Origin: an uncultured Aquiluna sp.
GTDB taxonomy: Bacteria > Actinomycetota > Actinomycetes > Actinomycetales > Microbacteriaceae
Length of the DNA: 64,000 nucleotides
Direction: 5' to 3'
Assembly (NCBI GenBank): GCA_913775595.1
Contig: CAJYLB010000001.1
Location: 620,001 to 684,000, forward strand
The position numbers and the translations under genes were made by a program. How positions within the stretch are numbered: position 1 is the first letter of the stretch; every line of letters begins with the position of its first letter. Below the pieces are notes generated by a model. That model saw only the letters and a program-made list of their open reading frames with translations, was not told the origin of the DNA and made no database searches. Of the stretch, positions 50,701-64,000 are shown in pieces.

Positions 50701-51133
50701 GGCCGAGTGGAACTACCTCCGCTACTTCCGTTCCGACTGCACAATCCGGGTTCAAGCTGGAGCATCAGATTATGAGACCTGGAGGGTATTGGTCACCGCA
50801 ACTGCGCTAGGCAACATCGAAATAAGTGCCGAAAGTCTTCCAAGTAATCTCATGGGACTGCTCGGCAGGGTTGGTCTTCGGATCAAGCTTGAGAGCGAAG
50901 AAAATTGGCTGGAGAGTCTCAAGCTTCGGCCTCGAAGGGTGAGGGTGGTTGGTGAGCTTCCAGAAGTCACTTCGGATTCACCCCTGGCAAATGTGGACGT
51001 GGCAATCTACGACGGCCCCGTGACTGAATCAGGAATCATCGAGGGCTTGGCGTTTTTCAAGGAGCAGGCGGTTTCCGTTACGACCCACCGGTTTGGCAAC
51101 CCCGCGCGACACGTGCAGATGGTTCGACTCTAA
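47702..51133 (+). CDS. putA: Bifunctional proline dehydrogenase / glutamate-semialdehyde dehydrogenase
   Basis: PRODH motifs NLDMEEY, RVVKGAN, AGHN and YLIRRLEE; ALDH motifs PWNFP, ETSGKN, GQKCSA and QPFGG. Confidence 0.96.
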   Translation: MKMALKTTQIPTISGKPELVEASIALVDKWVSEAAKLKENKSSQRLSGLLKDPNGLDFAVGFIDGVIRPEDIRVAATNLYQLRTLTPRFLPWPLRALLGLGANLAPLLPWPVIPIARMVLRSFVSHLVIDASHSKFRRATRKLRLDATLNVNLLGEAVLGHAEADKRLSHVAEILSRPETEYVSVKVSAIVAPHSPWAFDQTVQEVIERLTPLYKIAADSPKKKFINLDMEEYRDLDMTIAVFKGLLAKPEFKELSAGIVLQAYLPDALRVMIDLQQWAALRVIDGGAPIKVRVVKGANLPMERVDAEMHDWPLATVPSKAEADANYKRVLNYALTPERVKNVKIGVAGHNLFDLAFAWLLASQRGAQDGMDVEMLLGMAPNQASVISKSVGKLVLYTPVVYSQEFDVAIAYLIRRLEEGASSENFLSNAFELTSQQPYELERQRYMHSLDLMGTEVPVPNRLQDRSLDEAHLPVGFSNTPDTDPSTAGNRNWAKGIYRRLSDTEIGIDLVERHTVTSEVKLNELIVSAKAAQNRWQSLAPEERANKIHEVGVVLERNREYLVEVAMAEAGKTLDQVDTEISEAIDFAHYYAEQSLRLENLPGAKPVPRRITVVTPPWNFPIAIPAGGALAALAAGSAVIFKPAGPAARCGAVLAELILEVIDPELFVPIHIGERELGQRLIGHEDVDQVILTGGYETAELFRGFRPDLRLLAETSGKNAIIVTPHADLDLAAKDIAYSAFGHAGQKCSASSIVILVGSVAKSKRFRRQLMDAVSSLKVAHPTDPTAQMGPMIAPPEGKLLTGLTKLERGEKWLMKPEQLDETGKLWSPGVIEHVRPGSRSHLVEYFGPVLAIMTAPNLNAAIALQNSVDYGLTAGIHSLNSQEITDWLARVQSGNVYVNRGITGAIVQRQPFGGWKKSAVGPGAKAGGPNYLFGLTDWTTEENGALEPIETKEMNALLAQAAMSELSDDQVASLIRCAQSDLAALRHYFSGVKDETGLEAEWNYLRYFRSDCTIRVQAGASDYETWRVLVTATALGNIEISAESLPSNLMGLLGRVGLRIKLESEENWLESLKLRPRRVRVVGELPEVTSDSPLANVDVAIYDGPVTESGIIEGLAFFKEQAVSVTTHRFGNPARHVQMVRL

Positions 51134-51233
51134 AGCTTTACCCATCAAACTCCCAGAGAGCTATCTGGCGATTATGGGAGTATTCTTCTCAGTTGGCCTG
51201 TTTAGGCTATGTAGGTAATCATTCGAGGTTCTT

Positions 51234-54200
51234 TTGTTCAAACTTTCCAAGCTTTCACTTGCAAATCGCGCCGTTGTGGCACTCATCACCGTCATCGTTG
51301 GTGCCTTTGGTTTTATCTCCGTAGGCGGCCTAAAGCAAGAGCTGATTCCCTCGATTGAGATACCGTCAGCCGCAATCGTTACCTCCTACCCTGGGGCCTC
51401 TCCTGAGGTTGTCGATGCTCAGGTCTCTCAGGCTATAGAGCAGTCGGTTATCGGGCTTGAGGGGATCGAATCGACGACGGTTACCTCCACGACCGGATTG
51501 TCTGTGCTCAGGGTGTCCTTCGAGTTTGGAACTGCGACAGAGGATGTTACCCAGAGGCTCAATGAGGTCATTAGCGATCTCGCGTCCGTTCTGCCTGAGG
51601 ATGCAACACCGAGTGTCATCTCGGGAAGCTTTGACTCCGTGCCAATCATCGTGCTTGCAGTTAGCGCCGATGACGGTGACAACGAGGCCATCGGCAAGAA
51701 GCTCGAGGAGCTTGCTCCCACGCTCTTTCGTCAGGTTGACGGCATCAGGGACATCGCTGTTTCTGGCGCCAAGGAAAAGCGCATCAACCTTGAACTCGAT
51801 CAGGTGGCTCTGGCCCAGGCTGGCCTAAGTCAGCGAGACATTGTCTCTGCCATTAACGCCAACGGTCTCATCCTCCCAGTCGGTTCCATCGTTGACGATT
51901 CTGGCTCGATTGCCATCCAGGTCGGTTCGGCGGTGGACTCAGTTGAGCTATTTGAATCTCTTCCCTTGATTCCTTCGACCCCGGCCCCTGGCCAGTCCCC
52001 TTTTACTGTGGGCGATGTTGCTGAGGTCACCTTCGAGGATGCGCCTGTGACATCCATTGCTCGAACCAACGGCAATGAGTCGCTGGCTGTTTCTATCGTG
52101 AAAACCCCGGACGGCAACTCCGTCGCTGTATCAAATGGAGTTCAAGACCTGATTCCAGAGCTCGTTGCGGGCCTTGGCGGTGGCGTAAGCGTGGTTACAA
52201 CGTTTGACCAGGCGCCATTTATTGAAAAATCGATTGAGGACCTTGCTGTTGAAGGTCTCCTCGGCCTCACCATGGCTGTGCTGGTTATTTTGGTGTTCCT
52301 CTTGAGCTTCAAGTCGACCATCATTACGGCGATTTCGATACCGACTTCGGTCCTGATCACCTTCATTGGTCTTTCAGTTGCTGATTATTCGCTGAACCTG
52401 CTCACGCTTGGTGCCCTGACGATTTCGATTGGTCGCGTTGTAGATGACTCGATTGTTGTTATCGAAAATATCAACCGTCACCTCAGTTATGGCGAGAAGC
52501 GAAAGACAGCAATTCTCACAGCGGTCAAGGAGGTTGCTGGAGCAATCACCGCAGCCACTATCACCACGGTTGCTGTGTTCCTACCAATCGCGCTGGTCGA
52601 TGGCCTAGTGGGCGAGCTGTTCAGACCATTTGCCTTCACAGTCGCGATCGCTCTGCTCGCGTCATTGCTGGTGAGCCTCACGATCGTGCCGGTCTTTGCC
52701 TATTGGTTCCTCAGGATGCCGAAGAGGCTCAAGGCAGCTAAAGAGGCCGACCCCAAGAACTTCGAAAAGAAGCAGCGTATTGAGGAAGAGGAACGCGAGA
52801 AGAAGCAGATTCTGCAGCGAATCTACATCCCCATTGTCCGCGGCAGCACAAGGCACCCTTGGCTGACACTGACCGCAGCACTGCTGATTCTTGGTTACAC
52901 CTTCTCGCTGGTGCCATTGCTGAAGACCAACTTCATTGATGGTGGGGGTTCAAACCAGTTCACCGCACGACTCTCGATGCCTGCCAGCACCACTTTTGAG
53001 GAGCAGGACGAAGCCGCAAAGAGCCTCGAGGATCAGATTCTCGCCCTTGAGGGCGTCGATGTTGTCCAGTCGACCGTCGGCTCAGCTGCAGATGGTCGCG
53101 TGGCATTTGGTGCAGCGGCTAGCGGCATCTCTTTCACCATCATTGCCGACGAAGATGCCGACATTGAGGCTATGCAGTCAAAGGTGCTTCAGCTCAGCGC
53201 GCCAGAGGACAGTGAGATTACTACTAGCCAGGGTGGCGGTTTCGGCTCCTCTGAAACCATTGACATCCAGGTGCTGGCAAGCGACAACGAGCTCCTTCAG
53301 GAGGCTGTTGATAAGGTGGCGGATGCCATGGAGGGCATTACCGATGTCAGCGCCATTACAACCACACTTGAGGCCGACGAGCGAGTTCTAGAAATCATTG
53401 TCGACCGTGAAAAGGCTGCCAGCTACCTTCTAACTGAGACCGCCGTTACCGGAATCGTTGCTTCACAGCTGCGCCCAAGCCCGCTGGGAACAATCAGTGT
53501 CGAGGGTAATGACGTTCAGGTGTTTATCGCAGGTGCTCAGGCTCCCGAGTCAATCGAAGAAATCAGAGAGCTCCAGATCCCGACATTCCAGGGGCTGGTT
53601 CAGCTAGATCAGATAGCAAGTGTCGATGAGGTTCTCAAGCCAACCTCAATCACTTCAGAGCGTGGCAATAGGACAGCCGAGGTTCAGCTGAGCACAGAGG
53701 GCGACAACCTAGGAGCCATTTCCGCAACAGTCACCGAGCGACTTGATGCCCTTGAGCTTCCAGTTGGCGTCACGGCTACCGTTGGAGGAGCGGCTGCTGA
53801 CCAGGCGGAGAGCTTCCAGCAACTTGGGCTAGCACTGCTAGCTGCCGTGGCGATCGTTTACATCGTCATGGTTGCGACGTTCTCGAGCCTGATTCAGCCG
53901 CTATTACTTTTGATCTCGATTCCATTTGCGGCCACCGGTGCCTTGGGGCTTCTTCTCCTTACCGACACCGCGCTGGGTGTCCCTGCGCTTATCGGTATGT
54001 TGATGCTGATTGGAATTGTGGTCACCAACGCGATTGTTCTTATCGACCTCGTGAACCAGTATCGAGCCCAGGGCTACAGCGTCCAAAAGTCACTGATGCA
54101 GGGTGCGAGACAGCGCCTGAGGCCAATTTTGATGACCTCGCTGGCTACCATTTTTGCCCTCACCCCAATGGCCTTTGGTCTTACGGGAGACTCGGGATTC

Positions 54201-54809
54201 ATCTCGCAGCCTCTTGCAATCGTGGTGATTGGTGGACTGTTCTCATCCACCCTGCTAACTCTGGTGCTAGTGCCAACCCTTTACTGGCTTGTTGAAGGCC
54301 GCAAGGAGCGGAAGAAGCTTCGCATCGAGCGCAGAGCAAACAAGAAGGCTCAGCGTCAAGCAAAGAAGTCAGGTGCTGCAACCCCTCAATCAGCTCCGGA
54401 GGCTGTAGCCAGTGAGCCCGAGCCCTCAACAGCTGAGGCAAATGTAATGACCATGGTCAAGGAGGAAGATCCAATTGCTGATGCAATGGAGCAATCCTTC
54501 ACTCCCGCCACCAGTGCCCCGGCTCCAGAGATGCCTTGGTCGGATGATGACATCGCAAACGCACTGGCGGAAGACATGAAGCTGGACGACGAGTCTCAGA
54601 TGCGTTGGTCAGAAGAGACCAGCGAGGAGCCTCCTGCCAAGGCAGCTGCCGAGAGTGGAATGCCTGATTTCTTGACAAGTGAGATGCCGATTGTTTCCTC
54701 TCCGGAGGAAACGATGTCCGCAGAGGAGCGCAGGGAGGCAAAGAAGCAAGCCAAACGCGATGCTAAGGCCCAGCGCAAGGCGGCTAGAGACTCAAGGCAC
54801 TCGGGCTAG
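51234..54809 (+). CDS. RND (AcrB/SwrC-like) efflux permease
   Basis: YPGASPEVV, GRVVDDSIVVIENI, GIVVTNAIVL and RLRPILMT motifs; long acidic C-terminal tail. Confidence 0.93.
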   Translation: MFKLSKLSLANRAVVALITVIVGAFGFISVGGLKQELIPSIEIPSAAIVTSYPGASPEVVDAQVSQAIEQSVIGLEGIESTTVTSTTGLSVLRVSFEFGTATEDVTQRLNEVISDLASVLPEDATPSVISGSFDSVPIIVLAVSADDGDNEAIGKKLEELAPTLFRQVDGIRDIAVSGAKEKRINLELDQVALAQAGLSQRDIVSAINANGLILPVGSIVDDSGSIAIQVGSAVDSVELFESLPLIPSTPAPGQSPFTVGDVAEVTFEDAPVTSIARTNGNESLAVSIVKTPDGNSVAVSNGVQDLIPELVAGLGGGVSVVTTFDQAPFIEKSIEDLAVEGLLGLTMAVLVILVFLLSFKSTIITAISIPTSVLITFIGLSVADYSLNLLTLGALTISIGRVVDDSIVVIENINRHLSYGEKRKTAILTAVKEVAGAITAATITTVAVFLPIALVDGLVGELFRPFAFTVAIALLASLLVSLTIVPVFAYWFLRMPKRLKAAKEADPKNFEKKQRIEEEEREKKQILQRIYIPIVRGSTRHPWLTLTAALLILGYTFSLVPLLKTNFIDGGGSNQFTARLSMPASTTFEEQDEAAKSLEDQILALEGVDVVQSTVGSAADGRVAFGAAASGISFTIIADEDADIEAMQSKVLQLSAPEDSEITTSQGGGFGSSETIDIQVLASDNELLQEAVDKVADAMEGITDVSAITTTLEADERVLEIIVDREKAASYLLTETAVTGIVASQLRPSPLGTISVEGNDVQVFIAGAQAPESIEEIRELQIPTFQGLVQLDQIASVDEVLKPTSITSERGNRTAEVQLSTEGDNLGAISATVTERLDALELPVGVTATVGGAAADQAESFQQLGLALLAAVAIVYIVMVATFSSLIQPLLLLISIPFAATGALGLLLLTDTALGVPALIGMLMLIGIVVTNAIVLIDLVNQYRAQGYSVQKSLMQGARQRLRPILMTSLATIFALTPMAFGLTGDSGFISQPLAIVVIGGLFSSTLLTLVLVPTLYWLVEGRKERKKLRIERRANKKAQRQAKKSGAATPQSAPEAVASEPEPSTAEANVMTMVKEEDPIADAMEQSFTPATSAPAPEMPWSDDDIANALAEDMKLDDESQMRWSEETSEEPPAKAAAESGMPDFLTSEMPIVSSPEETMSAEERREAKKQAKRDAKAQRKAARDSRHSG

Positions 54810-54813
54810 ATCC

Positions 54814-55416
54814 ATGTCTGATTACATCGTTTGGATCGACTGCGAGATGACAGGTCTAGATGTCGAAAAAGACGAGCTTTGTGAGATTGCGGTTGTCGTT
54901 ACCGACCAGGAGCTGGTCGAGCAGGACGAGGGGCTCCAGATAGTCATAAACCCCTCTGAGGGTGCCATGGGAAACATGGGCGAGTTTGTCACAAACATGC
55001 ACAAAGAATCTGGCCTACTGGCTGCAATCCCTTCTGGCGAGAGCGTTGCGACTGCAGAGGAAAAGGTCCTTGAGTACTTGGGACGCTGGGTAGCAGAACC
55101 GAGAACCGCTCCCCTGGCCGGAAACTCCATCGGCACAGATCGGATGTTTCTCAACCGCCAGATGCCAAGGCTCGACTCTTTTTTGCACTACAGAAACATA
55201 GATGTCAGCTCGATCAAGGAGCTAACAAGGCGCTGGTACCCGAGGGTCTACTTCCAGCTTCCCAAGAAATCTGGAGGTCACCGGGCGCTTGCGGACATCA
55301 AGGAATCCATTCAGGAATTGCGCTACTACCGCAAGACCGTAATGGTTGAGCAGCCAGGGCCAGATTCAGAGGCCGCAAAGAAAGTGGCTGATTCCCTGGA
55401 CGCTGATACAATCTAA
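54814..55416 (+). CDS. orn: Oligoribonuclease
   Basis: VWIDCEMTGL, LAGNS, HYRNIDVSSIKEL and HRALADI motifs; start at ATG 54814. Confidence 0.97.
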   Translation: MSDYIVWIDCEMTGLDVEKDELCEIAVVVTDQELVEQDEGLQIVINPSEGAMGNMGEFVTNMHKESGLLAAIPSGESVATAEEKVLEYLGRWVAEPRTAPLAGNSIGTDRMFLNRQMPRLDSFLHYRNIDVSSIKELTRRWYPRVYFQLPKKSGGHRALADIKESIQELRYYRKTVMVEQPGPDSEAAKKVADSLDADTI

Positions 55417-55439
55417 GCGCTCTGGGTTAGCCCAGACAT

Positions 55440-55516
55440 GGTGGGTATAGCTCAGCTGGTAGAGCGCCTGGTTGTGGTCCAGGAGGCCGCGGGTTCAAGT
55501 CCCGTTACTCACCCCA
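55440..55516 (+). tRNA. tRNA-His (GTG)
   Basis: G(-1) followed by GTGGGTATAGCTCAGCTGGTAGAGCGCCTGGTTGTGGTCCAGGAGGCCGCGGGTTCAAGTCCCGTTACTCACCCCA. Confidence 0.97.
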
Positions 55517-55517
55517 A

Positions 55518-57020
55518 TTAGCTTGCGGCTCGCTCCAAAATCAACTCTCTAACCCTTGCGGCATCAACCTGGCCACCCATGGCCTTCATCACGGCACCAA
55601 TCACGGCACCAGCAGCCTGAACCTTGCCCTCGCGAATCTTCTCGAGAACATCTGGCTGCTCGCTTAGTGCCTTGTCGATTGCGGCAATCAACGCACCTTC
55701 GTCAGTGACTACTTTGAGGCCTCGCTTTTCAATTACCTGCTCGGGCTCACCCTCGCCAGCGACAACTCCAGCCACAACCTCACGAGCCATGCGATCGGTT
55801 AGCTCTCCGGCATCGATCAGCTTCTGGATGGTGGCGACCTGGGAAGGAGTTATGGCTAGCTCGCTTGGACTTAGGTCTTGGGCATTGGCCTGCCTTGATA
55901 GCTCGCCAGTCCACCACTTCCTGGCTGCCTGGGGTGTAGCACCGGCAGCCACGGTTGCCTCAACCTGATCGAGCAGATCTCCGTTAACTACATCCCTAAA
56001 CTCAAGCTCGCTGAAGCCCCACTCCTGTGCCAAACGCTTGCGGCGCTGCTGGGGGTTTTCTGGCAGAGTCTCACGAATTGACTCAATCCAGCTTGCCTCC
56101 GGTTCCACTGGAACCAAGTCTGGCTCTGGGAAGTAGCGGTAGTCATCGGCATCGGACTTTGGTCTGCCCGCTGAGGTGTAGCCGCGATCCTCATGCCAGT
56201 GACGGGTTTCCTGAGTGATCGTGCCGCCTGCATCGAGTATGTGAGCCTGGCGCTGAATTTCATAGCGCACGGCATTTTCGACACTTCTAATGGAGTTGAC
56301 GTTCTTGGTCTCCGTCCTAGTGCCAAGCTTCTCCTGACCCTTGGGCCTGAGGGATACGTTCGCGTCGCACCTAACGTTGCCTCGCTCCATCTTGGCGTCT
56401 GAGACATCCATGGCCTTGACAATGTCGCGAATGCTTCTCACGTAGGCACCGGCAAGCTCCGGTGCACTTGCCCCGGCCCCAAAAACGGGCTTGGTGACGA
56501 TTTCGACGAGAGGAACTCCGGCGCGATTGAAGTCAACCAGGGAGTATTCCGCTCCCTGAATTCGACCGGTTGCCCCTCCGACGTGAGTTAGCTTCCCTGC
56601 ATCCTCTTCCATGTGCGCCCGCTCGATGAGAACCTCAAATACTTCCCCGCTCGAGATCTCAACATCAAGCTTTCCCTCGAAGGCAATTGGTTCGTCATAC
56701 TGAGAAGTCTGAAAATTCTTTGCAAGGTCTGGATAGAAGTAGTTTTTCCTTGCAAATCTCCCACTCGGAGCGATCTCGCAGCCGAGGGCTAGTCCAATGG
56801 CAATAGAAGACTCGACTGCTTTCTTGTTTACTGCCGGCAAGGCACCAGGAAGCCCAAGGCAGATTGGGCAAACGTTTGTATTTGGCTCGGAACCAAAGAC
56901 ATTTGCGCAGCCACAAAACATCTTGCTTCTCGTGTTGAGCTCGACGTGAACCTCAAGCCCAATGACGACCTCGAATTTCTCAATCGCCTGATCAAAATCC
57001 ATAAGAGGTTCTTTAGCCAC
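55518..57020 (-). CDS. gatB: Asp/Glu-tRNA amidotransferase subunit B
   Basis: [32 protein letters not shown] and [10 protein letters not shown] motifs. Confidence 0.98.
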   Translation of the reverse strand: MAKEPLMDFDQAIEKFEVVIGLEVHVELNTRSKMFCGCANVFGSEPNTNVCPICLGLPGALPAVNKKAVESSIAIGLALGCEIAPSGRFARKNYFYPDLAKNFQTSQYDEPIAFEGKLDVEISSGEVFEVLIERAHMEEDAGKLTHVGGATGRIQGAEYSLVDFNRAGVPLVEIVTKPVFGAGASAPELAGAYVRSIRDIVKAMDVSDAKMERGNVRCDANVSLRPKGQEKLGTRTETKNVNSIRSVENAVRYEIQRQAHILDAGGTITQETRHWHEDRGYTSAGRPKSDADDYRYFPEPDLVPVEPEASWIESIRETLPENPQQRRKRLAQEWGFSELEFRDVVNGDLLDQVEATVAAGATPQAARKWWTGELSRQANAQDLSPSELAITPSQVATIQKLIDAGELTDRMAREVVAGVVAGEGEPEQVIEKRGLKVVTDEGALIAAIDKALSEQPDVLEKIREGKVQAAGAVIGAVMKAMGGQVDAARVRELILERAAS

Positions 57021-58521
57021 GGCTACTCTCCAATCCTGGAGCCTGAGAGATAAGAGGTGCTCCCCACTGATTCACGTAAAGCATTTCAATCAGTGCAGCA
57101 ACCTGATACATACGTGCGTCTTGCTTTGCAGGAGCCAGAATTTGAACACCAGATGGGAGTCCGTCTTCTTCTGCCAACCCATTGGGAACTGACATGCCCG
57201 GTATGCCGGCAAGATTTGCGGGAATGGTCGCGATGTCGTTTAGATACATCGCCAAAGGGTCATTGACTTTTTCACCAATCTTGAACGCAGTGGTTGGTGC
57301 AGTCGGCGTAAGCAAGACATCTACCTTGCTGAAGGCATTCTCGAGATCCTGCTGAATCAAGGTGCGGACCTTTTGAGCGGAGCCGTAGTAGGCGTCGTAG
57401 TAGCCGGATGAGAGTGCGTAGGTTCCGAGGATGATTCTTCGCTTTACCTCTGGACCAAAGCCTGCCTCACGCGTTGCCGCCATAACCCGCTCGATAGTCG
57501 GATTACCCTCTGGTTCAACTCTCAGTCCAAATCTCACGGAGTCAAACCTCGCAAGGTTGCTGGAGGCCTCAGCAGGGAGAATCAGGTAGTAGGCCGCGAC
57601 TGAATACTCGAAACTCGGGCAGTCAACCTCAACAACCTCAACACCCTCTGCAGTCAGTTTCGAAATTGTGTCATCAAAACACTTCTTCACGCCGGGCTGG
57701 AAACCATCTGAGCTCAGCTGCTTCACAACTCCAACCTTGAGGCCCTTGAAGTCAGCCGCCTTCACAGCATCAGCCATAGAGCCAAGCGACTCTGGAAGTG
57801 ATGTTGAGTCGTTGGGATCGTGACCAGAAATGACATCCTGCAACAGAGCTGCGTCCAGCACGGTGTTGGTCACGGGTCCAACCTGATCCAGCGAGCTTGC
57901 TAGCGCAATCAATCCATATCTAGAAACTGCCCCGTAGGTTGGCTTTGCACCTACAGAGCCTGTGACTGCGGCTGGGAAACGGATTGAGCCTCCGGTGTCG
58001 CTTCCAAGAGCCAATGGAGCTAGGTGACCCGAGACTGCCGAGGAAGACCCACCCCCACTTCCTCCGGGGATTCTCTCTAGGTCCCAGGGGTTTCGAGACG
58101 GGCCATAGGCCGAATACTCGGTTGAGGAACCCATTGCGAACTCGTCCATGTTGGTCTTGCCCAGAATCGGAAGTCCGGCAGCGCGAATCTTCCTAACAAC
58201 GGTCGAGTCGTATTGGGGAATCCAGCCCTGGAGGATCTTTGACCCTGCTGTCGTGGGGGCGTCAGTTGTAGTCAGATTATCTTTGACGGCAATTGGAACA
58301 CCGTGCAGGGCTGAGTGGCGCTTGCCACCGGCGAGATCTCTATCTGCCTGCTTTGCGGCGCTAATCGCGTTATCGCGCTTTAGGTGCAAAAAACTAAGAG
58401 TAAGGTCGTTGAGTTTTTCCGCACGGTCAAAAAAGGCCTCAGTCACCTCCAGCGAGGAAACCTCTTTTGACTCGATGAGGGTTGCAAGCTCACTTGCAGA
58501 CTTGGTTATTAGCTCGCTCAA
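57013..58521 (-). CDS. gatA: Asp/Glu-tRNA amidotransferase subunit A
   Basis: Amidase signature [21 protein letters not shown] and [19 protein letters not shown]. Confidence 0.98.
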   Translation of the reverse strand: MSELITKSASELATLIESKEVSSLEVTEAFFDRAEKLNDLTLSFLHLKRDNAISAAKQADRDLAGGKRHSALHGVPIAVKDNLTTTDAPTTAGSKILQGWIPQYDSTVVRKIRAAGLPILGKTNMDEFAMGSSTEYSAYGPSRNPWDLERIPGGSGGGSSSAVSGHLAPLALGSDTGGSIRFPAAVTGSVGAKPTYGAVSRYGLIALASSLDQVGPVTNTVLDAALLQDVISGHDPNDSTSLPESLGSMADAVKAADFKGLKVGVVKQLSSDGFQPGVKKCFDDTISKLTAEGVEVVEVDCPSFEYSVAAYYLILPAEASSNLARFDSVRFGLRVEPEGNPTIERVMAATREAGFGPEVKRRIILGTYALSSGYYDAYYGSAQKVRTLIQQDLENAFSKVDVLLTPTAPTTAFKIGEKVNDPLAMYLNDIATIPANLAGIPGMSVPNGLAEEDGLPSGVQILAPAKQDARMYQVAALIEMLYVNQWGAPLISQAPGLESSRG

Positions 58522-58524
58522 GTT

Positions 58525-58821
58525 TTAGTCCTCATCCAAAATCGCTGCAACTTTGAATCTTCCCTCTGCGCTATCCGCAGCGCCAGATAGGGCCTGCTCC
58601 TGTGAAAGGGAGGGGGCAACTTCGTCCTCCCGAAACACGTTGCTCATTGGGATTGGGTGACTTGTCGGCACTACATCGCCGCTGACAGCCTTGTTTACAG
58701 TGGCAACGGAGTCAACAATTACCCCGAGCTCCCCTGAAAGCTTTTCAACCTCATCCTCAGTCACCAGGATTCTGGACAATGACGCCAGATGGCGGACGAG
58801 ATCGGGAGTGATTTCAGACAT
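58525..58821 (-). CDS. gatC: Asp/Glu-tRNA amidotransferase subunit C
   Basis: MSEIT..LVRHLA.LSRI, NVFRED and F.V..IL motifs; start at ATG 58821. Confidence 0.95.
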   Translation of the reverse strand: MSEITPDLVRHLASLSRILVTEDEVEKLSGELGVIVDSVATVNKAVSGDVVPTSHPIPMSNVFREDEVAPSLSQEQALSGAADSAEGRFKVAAILDED

Positions 58822-58863
58822 ACCTAAGCTCAATTCACTGGTTTGCTTGTCAAAAACCCAAGT

Positions 58864-62065
<3,202 letters not shown>

Positions 62066-62074
62066 CTGATAAGT

Positions 62075-63253
62075 CTAATTTGCGCTCTGGGCGCTCTGTG
62101 AGGCCACTAAGGCTCCTGGGTGAATCTTGACCATCGCCCTAACAAAGCTTTCTGCATCCTCCTTGGAGGTAGTGTGGCCGAGGGTGACCCTCAGGCAGGC
62201 CCCGGCCAGTTCCTCGGAGTAGCCCATGCCTAGAAGCACATGGGAGGGACCCAAAACCCCCGCTTGGCAGGCGCTACCTGCCGAGACACTAACTCCCTCC
62301 TGATCAAGGAGGAACAGAAGGTTGTCGCTCTGGGCGCCAGGGAAGATGATGTGCGAATTCTGCTGAACGCGGTCGGAATCCCCTGCTGTGATGATTGCGC
62401 TTGGTATCTGGTGAGATATCTCAGCCTCAATCTGATCCCTGAGTTCCTCGAGCCTTGACTGCCTGCTCTGCATCTCGACTACTGCCTCTTCAATGGCAGC
62501 ACCCAGTGCTGCTGCTAATGGGTAGTTCATGGTGCCAGACCTTAGGCCACGCTCCTGGCCGCCGCCGTGAAGCAGGTTCACCGGCGAAAAGTCTCTCGAG
62601 ACCACAAGTGCGCCAACCCCAATCGGTGCTCCGAACTTATGGCCTGAAATGCTCATGGCGGTAAGGCCAGACGCCGAAAAGTCGATCGGGACATGCCCAA
62701 CTGCGGCTATCGCATCGCTGTGAACAGGAATGGCATAGGCCTTTGCGAGGCTGCATACCCTTGGAATGTCGGTGATCACCCCTGTTTCGTTGTTGACCCA
62801 CATCAAACTAATAAAGGCGATCTCTTCATGCCGTTGGCTAAGGATTAGCTCAAGTGCGTCGAGATCAACCATTCCTGTTGGCAAAACCGGAACATGGACA
62901 ACCTCAGCACCCTCGTGAGCCACGAGCCAGTCAATTGGGTCGAGCAGGGCATGGTGCTCGGTTGCGGCTGTCACGATCACCTTTCGCTTTGGGTTCTCAG
63001 CTCTTGCCCAATAGATTCCCTTGACTGCCTGGTTGTTGGCTTCCGTGCCGCCGGACGTGAAGATGATTTCGCTTCGATTCGCACCAAGTGCCTTTGCGAC
63101 CTGGTCTCTGGCATCTTCCAAGATGGCCCTGGTGTCCTGCCCGTGGGCGTGGACTGAGGATGGGTTTCCGAGGTGCTGAATAGCCCTGTTTAGCGCCTCC
63201 AGTGCAACCTCTCTGCAAGGGGTTGTGGCGGCGTGGTCTAGGAACACGGGCAT
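62075..63253 (-). CDS. Cysteine desulfurase (IscS/NifS-like)
   Basis: FLDHAATTP, FTSGGTE, NNETG, SGHKFG and SAGSAC motifs. The start at ATG 63253 is supported by a leaderless -10 TACACT. Confidence 0.94.
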   Translation of the reverse strand: MPVFLDHAATTPCREVALEALNRAIQHLGNPSSVHAHGQDTRAILEDARDQVAKALGANRSEIIFTSGGTEANNQAVKGIYWARAENPKRKVIVTAATEHHALLDPIDWLVAHEGAEVVHVPVLPTGMVDLDALELILSQRHEEIAFISLMWVNNETGVITDIPRVCSLAKAYAIPVHSDAIAAVGHVPIDFSASGLTAMSISGHKFGAPIGVGALVVSRDFSPVNLLHGGGQERGLRSGTMNYPLAAALGAAIEEAVVEMQSRQSRLEELRDQIEAEISHQIPSAIITAGDSDRVQQNSHIIFPGAQSDNLLFLLDQEGVSVSAGSACQAGVLGPSHVLLGMGYSEELAGACLRVTLGHTTSKEDAESFVRAMVKIHPGALVASQSAQSAN

Positions 63254-63315
63254 AACCCAAGTGTATTTGAGGGCTTTGGAAAGCAAAGACCTATAGCCTT
63301 TGTTGAAAAGGCAGT

Positions 63316-64000
63316 ATGTTGGCGCAAAAATCTCAAGACCTCGCACCCCTAGGTATGACCCTGCTCGACGGTGGTGGGGTCTTTGGTGTTTGGTCAGAAA
63401 CTGCGAGCGCCGTAAAGCTTCACATTCTCGACCCGGAAGACACGGGCACAAGCATTCATGAGATACCTCTTGAGCAATCCGATGGTGGGATCTGGACTGC
63501 AGGAGATGACCGACTCAAGCGTGGCATCAAATATGTCCTACGAGCTGAGGGACCAGAGGGTCCAAGGCACGCATTCAACCCAGAGCGCAATCTTCTGGAC
63601 CCCTACGCTCGAGGACTGGTTCGAGAGAGTCACAAGAGCTATCACTGTGTTGCCGTTGACACTTCCTTCGACTGGGAGGGCGTAGAGCAGCCCAATACTG
63701 AGCTTGGCAAAACAGTCATCTATGAGGCACACGTCAGAGGACTCTCGAGGGTCAACCCCGCTATCCCAGAGGACATCCGCGGCTCCTACGCAGCGCTTGG
63801 ACACCCAGCAACCATTGACCACCTAACCTCGTTGGGCATCACAGCGGTAGAGCTACTGCCGATTCAGGCCTTTATTTCAGAGCCAAGGCTTGTGAACCTA
63901 GGGCTCATCAATTACTGGGGCTACAACACCATCAATTTCTTTACTCCCCACATGCGGTACGCGTCGGAAGCGAAGCGAGCCCAGGGACCAGAGGCGATGC
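63316..64000 (+). CDS. glgX: Glycogen debranching enzyme GlgX, 5' part (runs off the window)
   Basis: Manual translation from ATG 63316: ...LLDPYARG...VIYEAHVRG...IDHLTSLGITAVELLPI...NYWGYNT...; no stop before the window end. Confidence 0.93.
   Translation, partial: MLAQKSQDLAPLGMTLLDGGGVFGVWSETASAVKLHILDPEDTGTSIHEIPLEQSDGGIWTAGDDRLKRGIKYVLRAEGPEGPRHAFNPERNLLDPYARGLVRESHKSYHCVAVDTSFDWEGVEQPNTELGKTVIYEAHVRGLSRVNPAIPEDIRGSYAALGHPATIDHLTSLGITAVELLPIQAFISEPRLVNLGLINYWGYNTINFFTPHMRYASEAKRAQGPEAM

Noticed and set aside
54679..54813. N-terminal extension of orn; similarly pepN 27867-27971 and ileS 16166-16195
   Set aside because: These extensions overlap neighbouring genes or promoters, and the family motifs begin at downstream starts.
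63254..63451. N-terminal extension of the cysteine desulfurase in the ORF track
   Set aside because: It overlaps the divergent glgX gene; family homology and a leaderless -10 support ATG 63253.

Overview
A compact chromosomal region of a streamlined actinobacterium with very short intergenic spacers. Gene order and protein sequences point to Microbacteriaceae, probably a freshwater/marine Luna-cluster organism such as Aquiluna or Rhodoluna; this taxonomy is inference. Most of the window is core genome: the 3' end of dnaE2, rsfS-nadD-proAB-obgE-rpmA-rplU-rne, ndk-folC-ileS, valS, tig-clpP1P2-clpX, rpiB, pepN, ettA, putA, orn, gatCAB, ligA, mnmA, a cysteine desulfurase, the 5' end of glgX and five tRNAs. 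I found no transposase, integrase, prophage or CRISPR array. Items most worth a second look: (1) an operon in which a group II PLP decarboxylase precedes N-carbamoylputrescine amidase and agmatine deiminase, a candidate non-canonical arginine-to-putrescine route, next to ald/Lrp, a DUF885 gene and argG; (2) a ~120-nt structured element with a C-rich loop, a terminator-like long stem and a 45-codon uORF directly upstream of ettA; (3) an orphan 80-aa protein ending in Cys-Cys under a perfect 10-4-10 palindromic operator, suggesting metal(loid) regulation; (4) a four-hairpin 5' leader on rne; (5) a symmetric bidirectional promoter between ileS and valS with no T-box. Product calls come from motif recognition only; no database searches were run.
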